A stretch of DNA of 63,101 nt, counting the filler, from Choristocarpus tenellus KU-1152 (lineage: Eukaryota; Protista; Phaeophyceae), in the NCBI GenBank assembly GCA_964200185.2. It is 14 parts of 14 records of this genome, joined end to end, with 100 filler letters (N's around TTAATTAATTAA, not from the genome) between each part and the next. Parts side by side here need not be neighbours in the genome. Positions count along the whole stretch, not along the records: positions 21,899 to 26,732 come from CAXNAD020012880.1; positions 26,833 to 29,673 come from CAXNAD020024282.1; positions 29,774 to 34,104 come from CAXNAD020015085.1; positions 34,205 to 37,420 come from CAXNAD020021474.1; 10 more parts are not named here. The stretch is one strand, 5' to 3'. Position 1 is the first letter of the stretch; the number at the start of each line of letters is the position of its first letter. Position numbers and translations under genes: made by a program. This document shows positions 23,583 to 36,825 of the stretch, in pieces. A model generated the notes under the pieces. The model did no database searches, was not told the DNA's origin, and worked only from the letters and a program-made list of their open reading frames with translations.

Positions 23583-25882
23583 ATGGATGGTGGTTTGGAG
23601 TAAGATTATGGTCGATAGAAAAACAATAATATGGTTTCTTACCAAATCAATACTTTGTTCCACACCATGCTGTCCTCCTCAAGTGTGGAGCGCAGCTATG
23701 CCGCTGCTATCGATGACGCGATGCGAGACATTAGTGTACGTGCAGAAGTTGCCTCGACCATGGAGGGCATACTCGATGATTTGGAAGTGTGCGAATGGAT
23801 CAACAAAACGGAGCGTTTGGAAGCCGAGCTGAAGCACACTAAGGCACAGGTGGCAGCCTTGCAAACATCAGAGCGGGAGATGTTGGAGGTGATTGGCAAA
23901 AAACCCTAGGTTCCACTGATTATTTTCTATTTGGACTTAGATGAGTGAAGAGAGCCTTCTCATTGTTGAATTTTTGGACAGCTTCCTCCCAAACGTTCCC
24001 CCTCCTTTCTAAGTCGACCACTGGGATCTCCTCCTTCGGGCGATATAATGTAGGAAAAGTAAGGTTTAAGGCGTAGGATATACAAAGAGTGGGTAGGAAT
24101 CTGCTTCAAGCGACCGCCCTCACCAATCAGGAGGCAGAGCAGTTGCTATTTGCAAGTGGATTCCTGCAGCTCAGAATCGAGGTGAACTATACGAGACATC
24201 CCGATCGGTGTTCCCTCTGGCCTAGATATGCTAGTGCTCAAGATCAAAATATATTTATAGTTACATCCATGTTGACCCGATTCCAAAGATGATGCAAGAT
24301 AGCAGTACGCGCAATAGATATTTGACTTTCTTAACCTTCAAATATGTCCATTTACCGTAGAGGGAGTCCCGAGCAAGAGTGAAAGCAGAAGGGGAGCGCA
24401 TAGCTGCCCGAGACGTGCGAGACAAGTTCATTCAAGAGCTTTGGGGGCTGGCCCGTGAATTCAGGGTGCGGGAGCAGGAGCAACGCAAGATGGATCAGCT
24501 ACGTAAAAAGTTAGCCAGGATGGAGAGCATGGAGAAGGACCTGGAGAAGGCGGAGAGGTCAGAAGTAAGGATTGTACCCTCTAGGCTCTGAGGAGCTAGC
24601 AAAAATCTGGGGGACCAAGGAAATGGACTTAGAATTCTGCATCGACAACATTTTTTTTGGCATAATACTAGATGTTGACACTAGTCAAGGATTCCTAGAG
24701 TATAGGACTGAGACGATGTTCAAATTATGGGTTGAAAATTGCCACACACGTGTCCCACGTCACATGACGAGAATGTGCGTCAAAGTGGAAAAGGGAAGAT
24801 CAATGCCTCTGTTGGAGATAGGCATGGAGGATGAGGGGCCGTACAATCTGAAACTAGGAGTCGTGCTGTCACCATCACCACCACGTAGCACCCATTCTGA
24901 TGTCGTCACTGTAGTGATTCCGTAGATTCGATGGACTCAAACAGAGAAAGGAAAGGTTTATGATCACAAAACACCCTCCTCCCCACGCCAAACCCTCCAC
25001 CCTTCCTCAAGACGACTCAAGTACCTTGCATTTTGTTGCAGTTATAGAATTGATGATGGTTACATCTATTGTCTGCCTGCACTTTTCAACCCCTTCAGAA
25101 AATTGTTCAACCTGCAAGCAGAGAGCCGAGAGACCCTGGCACCCTCTCTGGGTTTAGCACGGGGAGGCAAAGGCATTGGCAATGTTGGGGGCGGGGGAAG
25201 CGACTCCAATATAGGTTCATCGTCATCGGGTATGGCTGGTGAGGGTATTCGGGATGATTCACCAGTGGACATGTGCCCCTTCTTATGCCTAGAAGATAAG
25301 CCGTTGCTCAAGGTATTTTCATACCTCAATGCACCAGAGGTTTTGGGAACCGCACAGGTGTGCCAGTCTATGTTCCAGAAGGTGAGAAGGGCCTTCATCA
25401 TCATGATACTACTGTACCATTGCTTTTTTGTGACTTTGGTTGGTGATGTGTAGTGCCATTTCCCCGCCCACTGGGGGATGTGTCCTTATTGGTATGAGTG
25501 TGCACTCTTGAGAGCACTCATTTTTACGTTCCTTTTAACATCGTTGTGGACTCGGTATGTTCCAGGGTGTCGGTGTTCTGTTTCCGTGCCTGTTCGAATC
25601 CCCTTTTGTCCCTTCCTCCTTTCCAAACGCTTGTAGACTTGCACGAATTCTCAAATATATTATTGATTGATCCCTTATCATGCCCCCTCCCCTCCCCGAC
25701 CCAATGTTGTGTCCCAGGTTGACATGATGTTTGGCATAGGTGGACAAACCACGGCACCAGAGTCTCAGCACGCCACACCAGTTGGCGAGATTCCCTCAAA
25801 AGAACAGGGAGATTCCCTGCTTGATGCGAGATCGGCTCAGGAAACCCTGCACCCACCAGAGGGGTTGCCCCGTCTCCCACAG
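23583..25882 (+). CDS. Coiled-coil + F-box-like protein, 5' part (exons 23583-23599, 23684-23888, 24361-24557, 25099-25381, 25718-25882)
   Basis: Phase-consistent exons MDGGLD-VERSYAAAIDDAMRD..., a coiled coil, then FLCLEDKPLLKVFSYLNAPEVLGTAQVCQSM (F-box pattern). Confidence 0.78.
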
Positions 25883-26193
25883 GTGTGAGCTGTTTGAGAC
25901 AAGAGGCACCAGTATTAGATCAATGGTTAAGTTGTCCCACAAGTTTTTTTTTTCTTCATTTTTAGGGAGGTGACTAGAGGTTGCAACATTAGTTGCGCTT
26001 TAAAAGTGTCTTGAGAGAAATCTTCCACGGGTAGGTTGATGATTCACTTGCAATTATGCAGGATACAGACAGTAGTCATGCTGGTGCAAGTTATCAGTTC
26101 GCAGTGGTTGCGAGTTTTTTTTTTTTTTTTTTTTTTGGGGGTGTTGTGGGGGGTTTGGTTTTAGGTTTTTGTTGTGTTNNNNNNNNNNTTTTT

Positions 26194-26234
<41 letters not shown>

Positions 26235-26861
26235 GGGGGGGGGGGCAGGGGGATGAGGTTAAGGGTGTGTGCTGGGTTGATCCCACCTAAACCTTAGACA
26301 TTCTCACCTGTTGTAATTGTGTAAAGAGTTGGTGCGATGCTTACGACCCTAGTTTTGTGTATAAGACAGTCAGTGCACCAAACTGTTGCTGTATGTCTTG
26401 CGACTGATGGCGGCGTGAGGCAATTGATTTAATTGTTGAAACCGTTCAAACAAACAAGATGGATTTTGACAGCAGATAGGCCCGTTCCTGATGGCAACGA
26501 TTTTTTGGGGGGTCAAGATGTCTCAAATTTTCTCGTTTTTTTTTCCACCTTTTCTAGGAAAGAGGCCCGTTCCTATTCTATTCCTCTTTTTTAAAATATT
26601 GGAAAAGAAAAAAAGAAAGAAAACTCGAGCTTTTGAATTTTTTTGGCGTGAAATTATTGTTGGTGGGAATGGATGGGGGGGGGGGGGGGGGGGGGTTGAG
26701 TGTTATAAGTTGTTTATTGGTTTTTTTTTTTTNNNNNNNNNNNNNNNNNNNNNNNNNNNNNNNNNNNNNNNNNNNNTTAATTAATTAANNNNNNNNNNNN
26801 NNNNNNNNNNNNNNNNNNNNNNNNNNNNNNNNGGGGGGTGCCGGCGTCCGTTTTTGACGCT

Positions 26862-27039
26862 AGCTCAAAGTCCCTGGGGGGGGGGTGGTGGCTGTCCATT
26901 TGGAGCTAAATTTTTCATGTCGATATTTTTGGGTGATTTGGTTCCATATGTTGGATGGATAGTGAGAGTGCACCTTTCCTGGTGATGATCCAAATGGACA
27001 CTTTGGTGAAGACCCCCCCCCACCCAGATACTTTGGGTC
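26862..27039. mobile_element. MITE family B copy nested just inside another TIR (GGGGGGTGCCGGCGTCCGTTTTTGAC, 26833-26858)
   Basis: Family B sequence ending CAGATACTTTGGGTC; the preceding segment resembles the TIR at 63057-63101; no clear TSD. Confidence 0.75.
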
Positions 27040-27414
27040 AAAATATGAAGGATTAATATACGAAATGTACATTAGTGTTGATTTAGAGATCGTCCGACCT
27101 CTCCAGTACAACATGTCTATCGAGGCATGTGCCTGATTGGCGACGTAGAGGGTGACTCACGATCAGGAATTGGTCTAGGTTGCTCCTCAAAGTCGTGTCT
27201 CTCGTCAGTATGGGGGCAGAGTGGGACTTGTCCAGAACCAGGCACGTGCAGGGGCATCTTGGTCTATACTGTATCGTTCGACAAGAAGCTGGACATTTCG
27301 CAATTCGCCATTCTCCTATTGAACCTCGTTGGGGTAGCTGACTCGCTCATCTCCAACTTTCACTGTGTAGTGGGGCTGGTACTTGGTCATGGTCCCTCGC
27401 ATCCACTGATCGTC

Positions 27415-28101
27415 CTATCTGCAGTATAGTCTTCTGCCCTTGGCACCTGCATTGAGTGTTTCTCCCTCATCTAAATCCGGCACAGCCCTCACTGTCGGTT
27501 CAAGGAGTATATATTTCTCCGTATCCTTCTCCATGTTAATATGCTTCCGCTGGCGGTCAACCATCGACCGGGAGCATTGTCTGACATGTTGGGCTGCAGC
27601 CTCTTCACTGTCCCTCTCGTTCTTCTCCCGAAGTAGGTCAACACCCTCCTCTATCTCGTCCTCTGTCATGTAGGACCTCAGGTGAGGATGTAAGGATTTT
27701 TCGCCATCATCCGGAAGGTAGGACATTGAGTAAATGTACGCCCCTGAACCGTCCACATGAACATCGCTGACCTTCCCCTGTGCGATAGACCCCCCACTCG
27801 CGCATAGGATGAAGCTGGTTCCTCGACCGAACCTGGCGTCGGATGTGTCCCCAAGTCTGAGTTGCCTTGAGAAGCGAGCAGGTATCACACCGAGGGATTG
27901 CCGGTTGGATTCTGTGGTGAACCTCTGGTATTGACCAGGCAGGTTGGTGGATGTGTTGTCCAGGTGGTTTTGGTGGATGTCTGTGAAGTGTGGGATGATG
28001 ATAGCCTGAAGGGGCACGACGCGGGGACACTGTCGTCCCTCCTGCATCAGCGCAAAGATGTTCGTTGCAGGGGCTGTGTTGGTGTGTTGGACTATGGGCA
28101 T
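27415..28101 (-). pseudogene. TE-associated ORF downstream of the Sola2-like fragment (terminal part or accessory gene)
   Basis: 228-aa ORF with a beta-rich GKVSDVHVDGSGAYIYSMSY segment followed by a helical acidic segment; function unknown. Confidence 0.4.
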
Positions 28102-28361
28102 TTATTTGCGCGTGATGGCCTTGTTTGGTTGTATAGGGGTATTGTTTGTTTTGGTTTTGAAGAATGGAGAGTTTATGTAGGATAGGGGATACACTTAGAC
28201 AGCGAAATGAAGGAATGGGATACGCTTATTTGCCGTACGGAACTTGTCAAATATTCTGTGAAAGTCAACGTTCACGGTTGTACAGTGGGAGGAAGAATAT
28301 GACACTGGTTTGGATGCCAGGGTTGGACGTTATAGGAGGATTTTATTTGGGTATGAGGGGA

Positions 28362-29050
28362 TCATATAAGGCGATATGTAACATCTGTATATGGGCAGCG
28401 TGGAATCATTCCTGTGGAGCATTGTTCTCTTAGTAACAATAATTTTGAAGCGTTTCTCACCTTGTCCGTCCGTGACATGCGAATAGTTGGCACTACATCA
28501 ATAGAGCTAGCACTCAGCATCTCGAAGTCTTCAGTGACAAAGACGACATCATCTCCAGCTTTGCGCATCCCTCCGTAGCTAGAGTGGTGCCTGGCGTTCC
28601 ATTCAATCGTGTCCTTATACGATGGGTAGTGAATGGCAACAACTCTATACCATTGTACTCCGATGGCTGTGTCCGCACAATGCATATGTTCCCCTCAGCG
28701 AGCTGTCTCTTCTTCCTAGACTGCTGGCTTCTCAGATACATATCGCCTGTTCCTGTTTCTGTGGAAAATCCGAGGTCTATCTCCTTAATCGGGGGCAGGT
28801 GGGTTAGTTGCCACCTGCATTGGGCCAGGTTGCTGATGGAACAGTTCGTGCGGTAGCACGACAGTTCAGTGTATATCAATGTACAGGAGTCTCCGGTAGT
28901 GAGCCGACCAGTGAAGAACCTGTGCATGGGCTTGATGCCACATCGAGGTTTGGGACACGTAGGTTGTGTCGTCCCGCGCGGTCGATCTTGTGAGCTGGGA
29001 GGTGGACAATCTCTTGTGTTCGAAACGTGTCGATGTATAGAAGTGTCGTA
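28362..29050 (-). pseudogene. C-terminal fragment of a Sola2-like transposase
   Basis: GIKPMHRFF...LIYTELSCYRTNC...NLAQC resembles the G-x3-H...LSCxCxxC...C C-terminal motif of Sola2-type transposases; followed by a frameshifted IGVQWY beta domain. Confidence 0.5.
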
Positions 29051-29655
29051 GACGTGTTATGGTGCTGTCTGCCGTCCCTGTCCGTCCATTCCTAAAGGTT
29101 GTGGTGATTGTGTATACAAGGGAAGGGGTGGTATGTGTTGGAGTCATTGTTGGTACTGCGGCAGCTACCTGTTACCGATTCGATGTGATGGCATTTTCTT
29201 TGGATTGATCTGTGCTACCTATTCCTGGAACAAGTGTTTGGTAAATGACAGATATGTCAATATGTGATGAAAATGAGAACTTGGAGTTTTGGATTAGTTT
29301 GGCGCTTGGCAGACTTCTGGAAAATAGAGGGCGAGATGATTGTAAGTATACACGGATGGTGAGCGGTCGATTAAGAAGTGCTTATGTGTGATGACCATGT
29401 CGCATGTCGTGTCGACGTGAAGGGAAGGCATGGATGTGACATAATGGGTCAACGATATCTATTGCGTGTTTATTGTATGGGTTTGCAAGGGTCGGGAGGG
29501 GGCATCTCCTTTGAAAGTCAAAAGAAGAGCATTCTTGTGGAGGATGCACACCAAGAATGTCCTCACCAAAAAGGCTGTCCTGGAGGTCGCCGTTCAGGTC
29601 ATTATCGACCTCAAGAGAAAAGACAAGCTCGGGATCGACCCTGACGCCAATGAGT

Positions 29656-29673
29656 GGGTCAAAGTATCTGGGG
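29656..29673. mobile_element. TIR terminus at contig end, interrupting a coding-like segment (29530-29655)
   Basis: GGGTCAAAGTATCTGGGG then the gap. Confidence 0.7.
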
Positions 29674-30180
29674 NNNNNNNNNNNNNNNNNNNNNNNNNNN
29701 NNNNNNNNNNNNNNNNNTTAATTAATTAANNNNNNNNNNNNNNNNNNNNNNNNNNNNNNNNNNNNNNNNNNNNTTTGAAGTATGTACACAGTGTCACTTG
29801 TACCCGGTATATTTTCCCCCCTGCTTGAACACACAATAGTAGTCCTATCTGAGAACAATGTGATCCGACCGTACTCACCCGGTTCACTTTGCAGTTACCA
29901 CGCCTAGATGTCTGATATAGAAAGCTAGAGATCCCTCCAGCGTGGAGTAACGACTGGCCTATGTATGTATATGCACGTGCGATATGTTTCTCATGCTTCA
30001 ACAATATCATCTCATCCGACCGTCCCCGCGCTGCTGAATCATGTACCGTGCCTAAATATCTACAGAGTATATGATCCACTGCTGGCATACGATATCTCTA
30101 GGATTTCATCCCCTGTCCCTCGTATCCACCTCCAACACATACCCCATCCATTCATGTACATACGTGCGCTACTACAACAG

Positions 30181-30885
30181 GAATGGCACGAACAAAGATA
30201 AGGACATAGGTCCGAAGCGAGACCTGGTGATGTCCTCAATAAACTACTGGGCTGATACATACGGGCAGTTCATGCCTCACAAGTCAACAATTGTGATCTA
30301 CGTCGTGAACAAACAGGTCGGTTTTGCCCTTGGTTGTGGAGAGGTTGGCTGCACCCTGTGTTGGAGTTAGATGCAAACCGTGTGACCCGGCAGTACGTAG
30401 AAAAGGTGGATCTAAGTAGTATTTCGAGTGGTGGATGTTCATTACCTTGACCGGTCTGATATTATGGTTAAAAGAAGATGTCAAGATTCATACAAAGTGC
30501 TATCCTTTTCGTTTGCTATGTCGATAATATCAATATTCATTATGATACTCGTTGTCGATTTTACGAAGGAAGACACAATAAAAGTTATTTCAACGCCGAG
30601 CACACATACTCTGCGGTCCCGGGCCCGGTATGAAATTGGTAGGAAAAGTGTGTACTTCGTATGTCTAAAGCGCTTCGCGATGATGATGATGATAGATTCG
30701 CCTCTTTTATTACTTCGTTGCCCTTGCATACGTCCGTCCAAGGACGTATACTTCAAGCGTCTACAGGACGGAGCGGTACAGCGGCACGGAAGAGACCTTT
30801 GGCTCCTACATAAACGCTGCAGACAAACACGCGGGTTAGGTTTACCGCCAGTCACTTTCGGTCCAATTCTGGCGCCAGGGAAAGT
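30181..30885 (+). pseudogene. Spliced N-terminal fragment of a Sola-like transposase (exons 30181-30316, ~30743-30883)
   Basis: INYWADTYGQFMPHKSTIVIYVVNKQ|DVYFK... resembles the GxxMPxxxxIxL..K region upstream of the core in this transposase group; frameshifted. Confidence 0.45.
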
Positions 30886-31941
30886 ATACCTCGTAGGCGT
30901 CTTGAAGAATGGGCGGTGTGTATTGAGAGCCGAGTACGCATTTTTGTTGTGGCGGACTTTAATATCTACCTTCTGCGATGGCGACGACAACATGTTGTGT
31001 TTAGTTTAATACATGATGTTTTCAGAGCCTTCCAAGCAGCATGTTGTTGTTGCGGTACATATTAGTTGTCGGTTGTTGTGTGGCAGTCTAAATCCTTTGT
31101 TTCCATTCACGATTTTGAGCCTCCGACGGGTTGGTTGCCATTCATAACATGTATCATGTACAAACGAATTTTAGATTGAAAGGTATGCTTTCAAATTAGA
31201 ACATATCTGATGATGCTAGTAGCAAGTAGAAGCTCTCACCGTTGTCTGTTGCTAACCCTTCATTGTATACATACTTTTTTTCGTTACCAATAAAGATGTC
31301 AAAGTGTAGGTTGACACCGCCTCTGGTATGAAGTTTGGCCACTACGTACATACGTACCGCCTCTAACATGAAAGATGATCACAAGAACTTCTCAACGTAG
31401 TAACTCCTCTGTGACTAACATTCCTTCTTTCTAAGCGTGCCAAAACTATACGATAATAACAGCCATTAAAACCAAAAATATACACAAAGTACAAGCTTTT
31501 CATGTATGTCTAGAGCGAAACATCTGTTCGTTCTTTGTCGACTTGGTAAGTTTTTATGGTGGATGTGACCTATTAATCCCTTACTTGTACAAACCACGTA
31601 ACACTCGAATCAATATTTATAACTAGTGGAAGAAGACGTATGTATGCATGTAGTGTACCATACATATTATTACAAGAATACCAAAACCGTTACGTAAAAA
31701 TAATGAAAATATATCCCATTCAAAAAGGGGCCCTTAAATAGTGCTGCAATATTTTTTTTTAAACATATCGGTACTTTTTCCGCACCATTTTCGGTCAAAC
31801 CCATCCTCAACAGTACGCTCCATCCTCAATTCTTAAAATCCGCTGTTATGTGGCAACATATTACTTACACCATGGCAAGAAGAGTCTACTCAACATACAG
31901 GCCATAGCAAACACTACACACTCTCAGGACTAGAGGGAGGA

Positions 31942-32203
31942 GAGTGAAAGTATCTTAAGAGGGTACGAGTTTTGCCCTGTTTTATCCATTTGGAGCTCGA
32001 CTTCCCATGGGTTTTTTACGACATTTTACCTACTCCAAAATGTTTCGGAGTCGGCAAAATGTATACATCATGAAAAGGTGTGTCCGGAACAAGGATAATG
32101 ACATCTCCTAACAAACATGATAGCCAAAATAATATCAAAATTGCAACATTGGATTTTGGCCCCCTAAATGGACACGGCTCTACCCTCTAAGATACTTTGA
32201 CTC
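31942..32203. mobile_element. MITE family A, complete, TSD AGGA
   Basis: AGGA|GAGTGAAAGTATCTT...AAGATACTTTGACTC|AGGA. Confidence 0.93.
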
Positions 32204-32381
32204 AGGAGACCATCCCCACTCACAGCTGGGAAATAGAGCAGAAGGACCAGTCCAGTGTGAAAAATCGTTGTTTGGTTTAGTCAGCGATGCAGTATGACCA
32301 AGAATGGAACTAAAGGTCGGCGGTAAATATGGAAATCATTGTACTTTTTGGGATATATATGTAAAGCAATAAAACACTCCA

Positions 32382-32643
32382 GAGCGAAAGTATCTTAGAG
32401 GGTACGAGTTTTGCCCTGCTTGTCCATTTGGGGCTTGGCTTCCCATGGGGGTTTTTATGACATTTTCCTACTTCAAAATATTCAGGAGTAAGTATAATGT
32501 ATGCGTTATGAAAGGTGTGTTCGGAACAAGGATATTGGCACTTACTAACAAACACAATAGCCAAAATCACATCAAAATCTCAACATTGGGTTTTGGCCCC
32601 CAAATGAATGCGGCCCTACCCTAACCCTAAGATACTTTGACTC
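32382..32643. mobile_element. MITE family A, complete, TSD TCCA
   Basis: TCCA|GAGCGAAAGTATCTTAGAGGGTAC...CCCTAACCCTAAGATACTTTGACTC|TCCA. Confidence 0.93.
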
Positions 32644-34783
32644 TCCACTGACCTCCGATTCCTTAGAGATTGGACGTCAGAATTTATCCAGATAATACCT
32701 GGGCGTGGCACTGTCTAAACATCTCCAATTGAAGTACTGGTCCAGGGCTTGATAGGGCTATCACATACTACCCACGAGTACTATTATACATGATGAAGCA
32801 GAAGTAGCAGTTACAATTTTCCATCCTGTTTATAAATAATATTATCGTGCTCATCACTATTTGTTAACAAGAAAAGTTACTAGTAATAGTTCAGGCAAAC
32901 CAAGGCGGCCGGCCCAGCCTACCGCCCCCACCCAGTTAGTCCCTTCTCAACCAAAAGTCGACAGTAATCAATCGCATCTATCCTCTTCCTGCACAATAAA
33001 CAGAGCCCGAGGAAGACCAACGATTGAACCACACAAACAAACACAATGCACCAACAACAACAAAAAAACGAAACGAAACGAAACGAAAAACGAAACCGAA
33101 ACGAAACTGAAACTAACGTAACCAATATTTTCCTCTCCACTCAGTCATCGACCAGCCAAACATTCAACCATGCACAAATCAAGGCAAGGCAACAGCTGGT
33201 GACCAACCAGGTAAAAAGTCAAAAGCTCCCGTCACTGCACATTCGCCTTTCCTTCCTCTGGAACCAGAGACCTCCCCTACCCCAAACAACAAGAGCAACA
33301 TCCTGCCAAAACACCAGACACACCTCGATTCCTCTTCCCAGTACCCTTCACTTTACCACACAATAACGCTTCTTCGTCCAACCTCTCCCTGAACCCCAAC
33401 ATTCCATTCCCTGTGTCTCCCCTCCCCCGAAACACTCAGAATCCATTAAAAAGAAAAACGTACTCTCCCTGCCCCACAACCATTTCCAATTTCTGAGTCT
33501 CTCTACTGCCCACCACACACACACCTCTACTTCAACTCATTTCCCTGTCAAAACACGGAAATTCCTTGTTCCTAGTGATAGGCAAAAAAAAAGCAAGTAG
33601 AAATGGAGCTAGACATACAATTACATGCACTATTTGTACCTAGTGTGTCTTTCTTAACCTCTTAGGGCGAGTACCAACTTGACACAATTCCCTAACACCT
33701 CAAGAAAATCAACTGTCCCACAACGTGTAGTGTACAACCAAGGTGTGGAACACCAACCAGAGAGTGACCTTTAAAGTTGTATGAACAATAGAGACAGAGC
33801 TAAGAAACAACTGGAAAGGAACACACACACACACTGCAAGCGATATAAATAATAACAAACTAAAACAACAAACCAAACAAACCTGCTAAAAAAAAGGAAC
33901 CCCAACCAGTCGCTTACAATCACATACTCCCTTCCCCCCCCCCCCCCCCCCCGCTACACTCAAACAGTCCCACACAGCTCTGCAGAAGTTAGTACAACCA
34001 GTTAACAAGCCCAGAAAAAGAAAAGGCACTAGTTACACAGAGAGAAACAAGGAGGGGGTGGGGGAGGGAGAGGGAGAGGGTATCAATATTGATCCACAAT
34101 ATCANNNNNNNNNNNNNNNNNNNNNNNNNNNNNNNNNNNNNNNNNNNNTTAATTAATTAANNNNNNNNNNNNNNNNNNNNNNNNNNNNNNNNNNNNNNNN
34201 NNNNGAGTAAAAAAAAAGGTTCCCTGGTCTGTGAGGGCCCCCCCCGCCCCTCATGAGGCACAGAATTTCGTGTTTACACTCTTCTCTTCCTCAACATGAT
34301 CTCCTGTAATATCCGAGACAAGACTATTTGTTTGTTGCCCATGCTTTTGCTCAAGGGTGGCCGAGGTATGGTGCCGCTGAGGGGTTTGAGTCCAAAGGGC
34401 AAAGGTGGATTGGATTTGTCATACGATTTCGAAATGCAACAGCTCGACTGACTGCACAAGAGAATTTTACTTTTTTTTGGGATGTGTAACACGCTGTATA
34501 AGAAAAAAAAAACACGGCATTAATAAGTACAATAGAAAAACAAATAAACCATTATCATGAACCTAATCAATGACGATCATAGCGATATAACAACGGGCAT
34601 CACATCACATCACATCACAGTACAGCATGCAACGGCAAAGGCAAAGAGTGCCAAAACTCTTCAGTCATCGTTGATCTCAGTCACTTCTCAATTGGTTTAA
34701 CTCCGGCCGACCAAAAATGTTGCTGTTCACGACCTTAGGAATGAAACTGACATGCAACTAAAAGAGGAACAAGAGATAGAAAT

Positions 34784-34817
<34 letters not shown>

Positions 34818-34926
34818 CGTAAACACCAACAATAATAATGATAGAAAAAATACAACAATATCCAGCCCCTATATCTCTAACAAAAAATAACCGAAAAGTT
34901 TTGTGTTTCAGGGTAGAAAAACAAAC

Positions 34927-36780
34927 CTGGGCGCACAAATGCATTGACGGGACTATTCCTCTGCACAATCTCGCAGAAACGCACGAGCCTCTCGTGCGTT
35001 CCCAGTCTCAGTCCCTGGACAATATCTGTTCTTCCGCAGAGTTCCCCCCCCCCGCCCCGGCCCCTCACTGACTCTGTCACCCTAGACCTGGGTGGTGGGT
35101 TTGTTTCCAGGCCGTAAGCCCCTCCGAAGATCTCGGCAAGGAGAAGGGCCCCCTTGATACTCTCTCCCACTATGGTTGGGGCTAGGAAAAGTCCCTTTAT
35201 ATTTGTAGGAGGGTGGGATAGCATAGTGTCGCAGTTGAATTTTGGGGTTAACAGGGCTGGTGATTGGGTCAATACATACCTTGGGTGTACAACCAAGGTT
35301 ATTGAAAAAGATTGAAATCGTACTCTTGTCTTAGTGCCTCAGTTGCATACAGTGCTATCTCAATATTTAGCTGACATTTCCTTAACTTTAACTTTGGGAG
35401 GTTCAGTTTTTTTTTTTTCATGACTGAGATGGACTGGACTTTTGACTCCCTCTTTAAAATGCAGTTGCATCCTCCGCCCCCTATCTCACCGAAAACTCTT
35501 CACATACTTTTGCAGCACCAGTAGCAAAACCCTGCTTCTAGAATGCGTGCAAGGATATGCATCTTGAAATTAAAAAAAATGTATAGTAAGGTGTACATTG
35601 TGTGCCAGAGGAGGGTGAACCAAATCAAGAAAGGACTTCTCCTTTCAAAAGGCAGGAGCTGCTGGGGCAATGGTACCGTAGACAGGAACAAGACCAACCC
35701 TACAATCGAGGTAGTCTGCCAGTGCCCATAGCATACACAAATGTGATATGGTTGTACTTATATGTGTCTCTCACTCAAGACTGATAACCAACAACTAAGG
35801 AGTATCGTTGAGTTTAAGAGATACCTATGATCACCTCGTGGTACAAGCGTTTCCAGGACTACTACTGTGCAGCTTGCTTCGAGTCAACAAGGTCTTCACA
35901 ACTAATCTTCTCCACCACAGCCACGCCCTCCTGAGGGGGGTAAATTGCATTCTAGCTGTGGGCACATTGTAGCCTATAGAAGGTTCAAAGAGGCCATAAA
36001 GCTCAACGGCGTATAAACATAGAGCCCTCCCAGTATTGAACAATTCTTTGATTGAAGGACAAATACCGATCCCTTCTTCACAGCAAGGAGCCCTAAATCT
36101 ATCCCTATCCCTCTCTCCATTATTACATAAACATCAAAGCAGTCAAACCCCGACGCCTACACTTGAAGTGGGTGTATACACGAGTTGCTGATGCAGATTG
36201 TTCAAGAACAAGCAAAAGTACTTGCATTTCGGCATGCCCCCCCCTCCCCAGCTCCACGTTCATAACAATCTACACATGAAACAAAAACACACAAAAAAAC
36301 GGAACCGCTTGAAAGGACAAAATCTCGGACCCCCCCCAAAATATATTTTTATCTTCTAATTTTTACAAAAAACATCACCCACCCACCCACAAGCACCATT
36401 GACAAAAACTGAGCAACATAACACCCACAGAAGCTGGTGCTCTGATAATAATAATAATAATGATGATGATAATAATAGGAGTGCTTGGATATTTCATATA
36501 TCAGTTTTCTTTGGCCCCTCACATGGTAGAGATTGTGGTTCTGACCCAGGGTAGCGCCCCCAGCCACCCCTGGCGCCCCCATTCGATTGGCTGCAGCACG
36601 GACAAGCCTCTTCTGTCCAGCAACATAACCGCCTTTCCAGTTCATCAAAATCCGGCGGGCGTAGCAATTGTGTAGGAGAAAGGGGTCAAAGGCCAGAAAC
36701 AAAAATGAGTGCATTAGCATACATACAGCACTACAGTACTAAAATTTTACGTTTACCTAGGGATACTGCATGTCAAGAAG

Positions 36781-36825
<45 letters not shown>

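Noticed and set aside
32700-34104. ORFs in the A/C-rich region
   Set aside because: Low-complexity intron-like sequence (AAACG, CA and poly-C runs) with no recognisable coding signal
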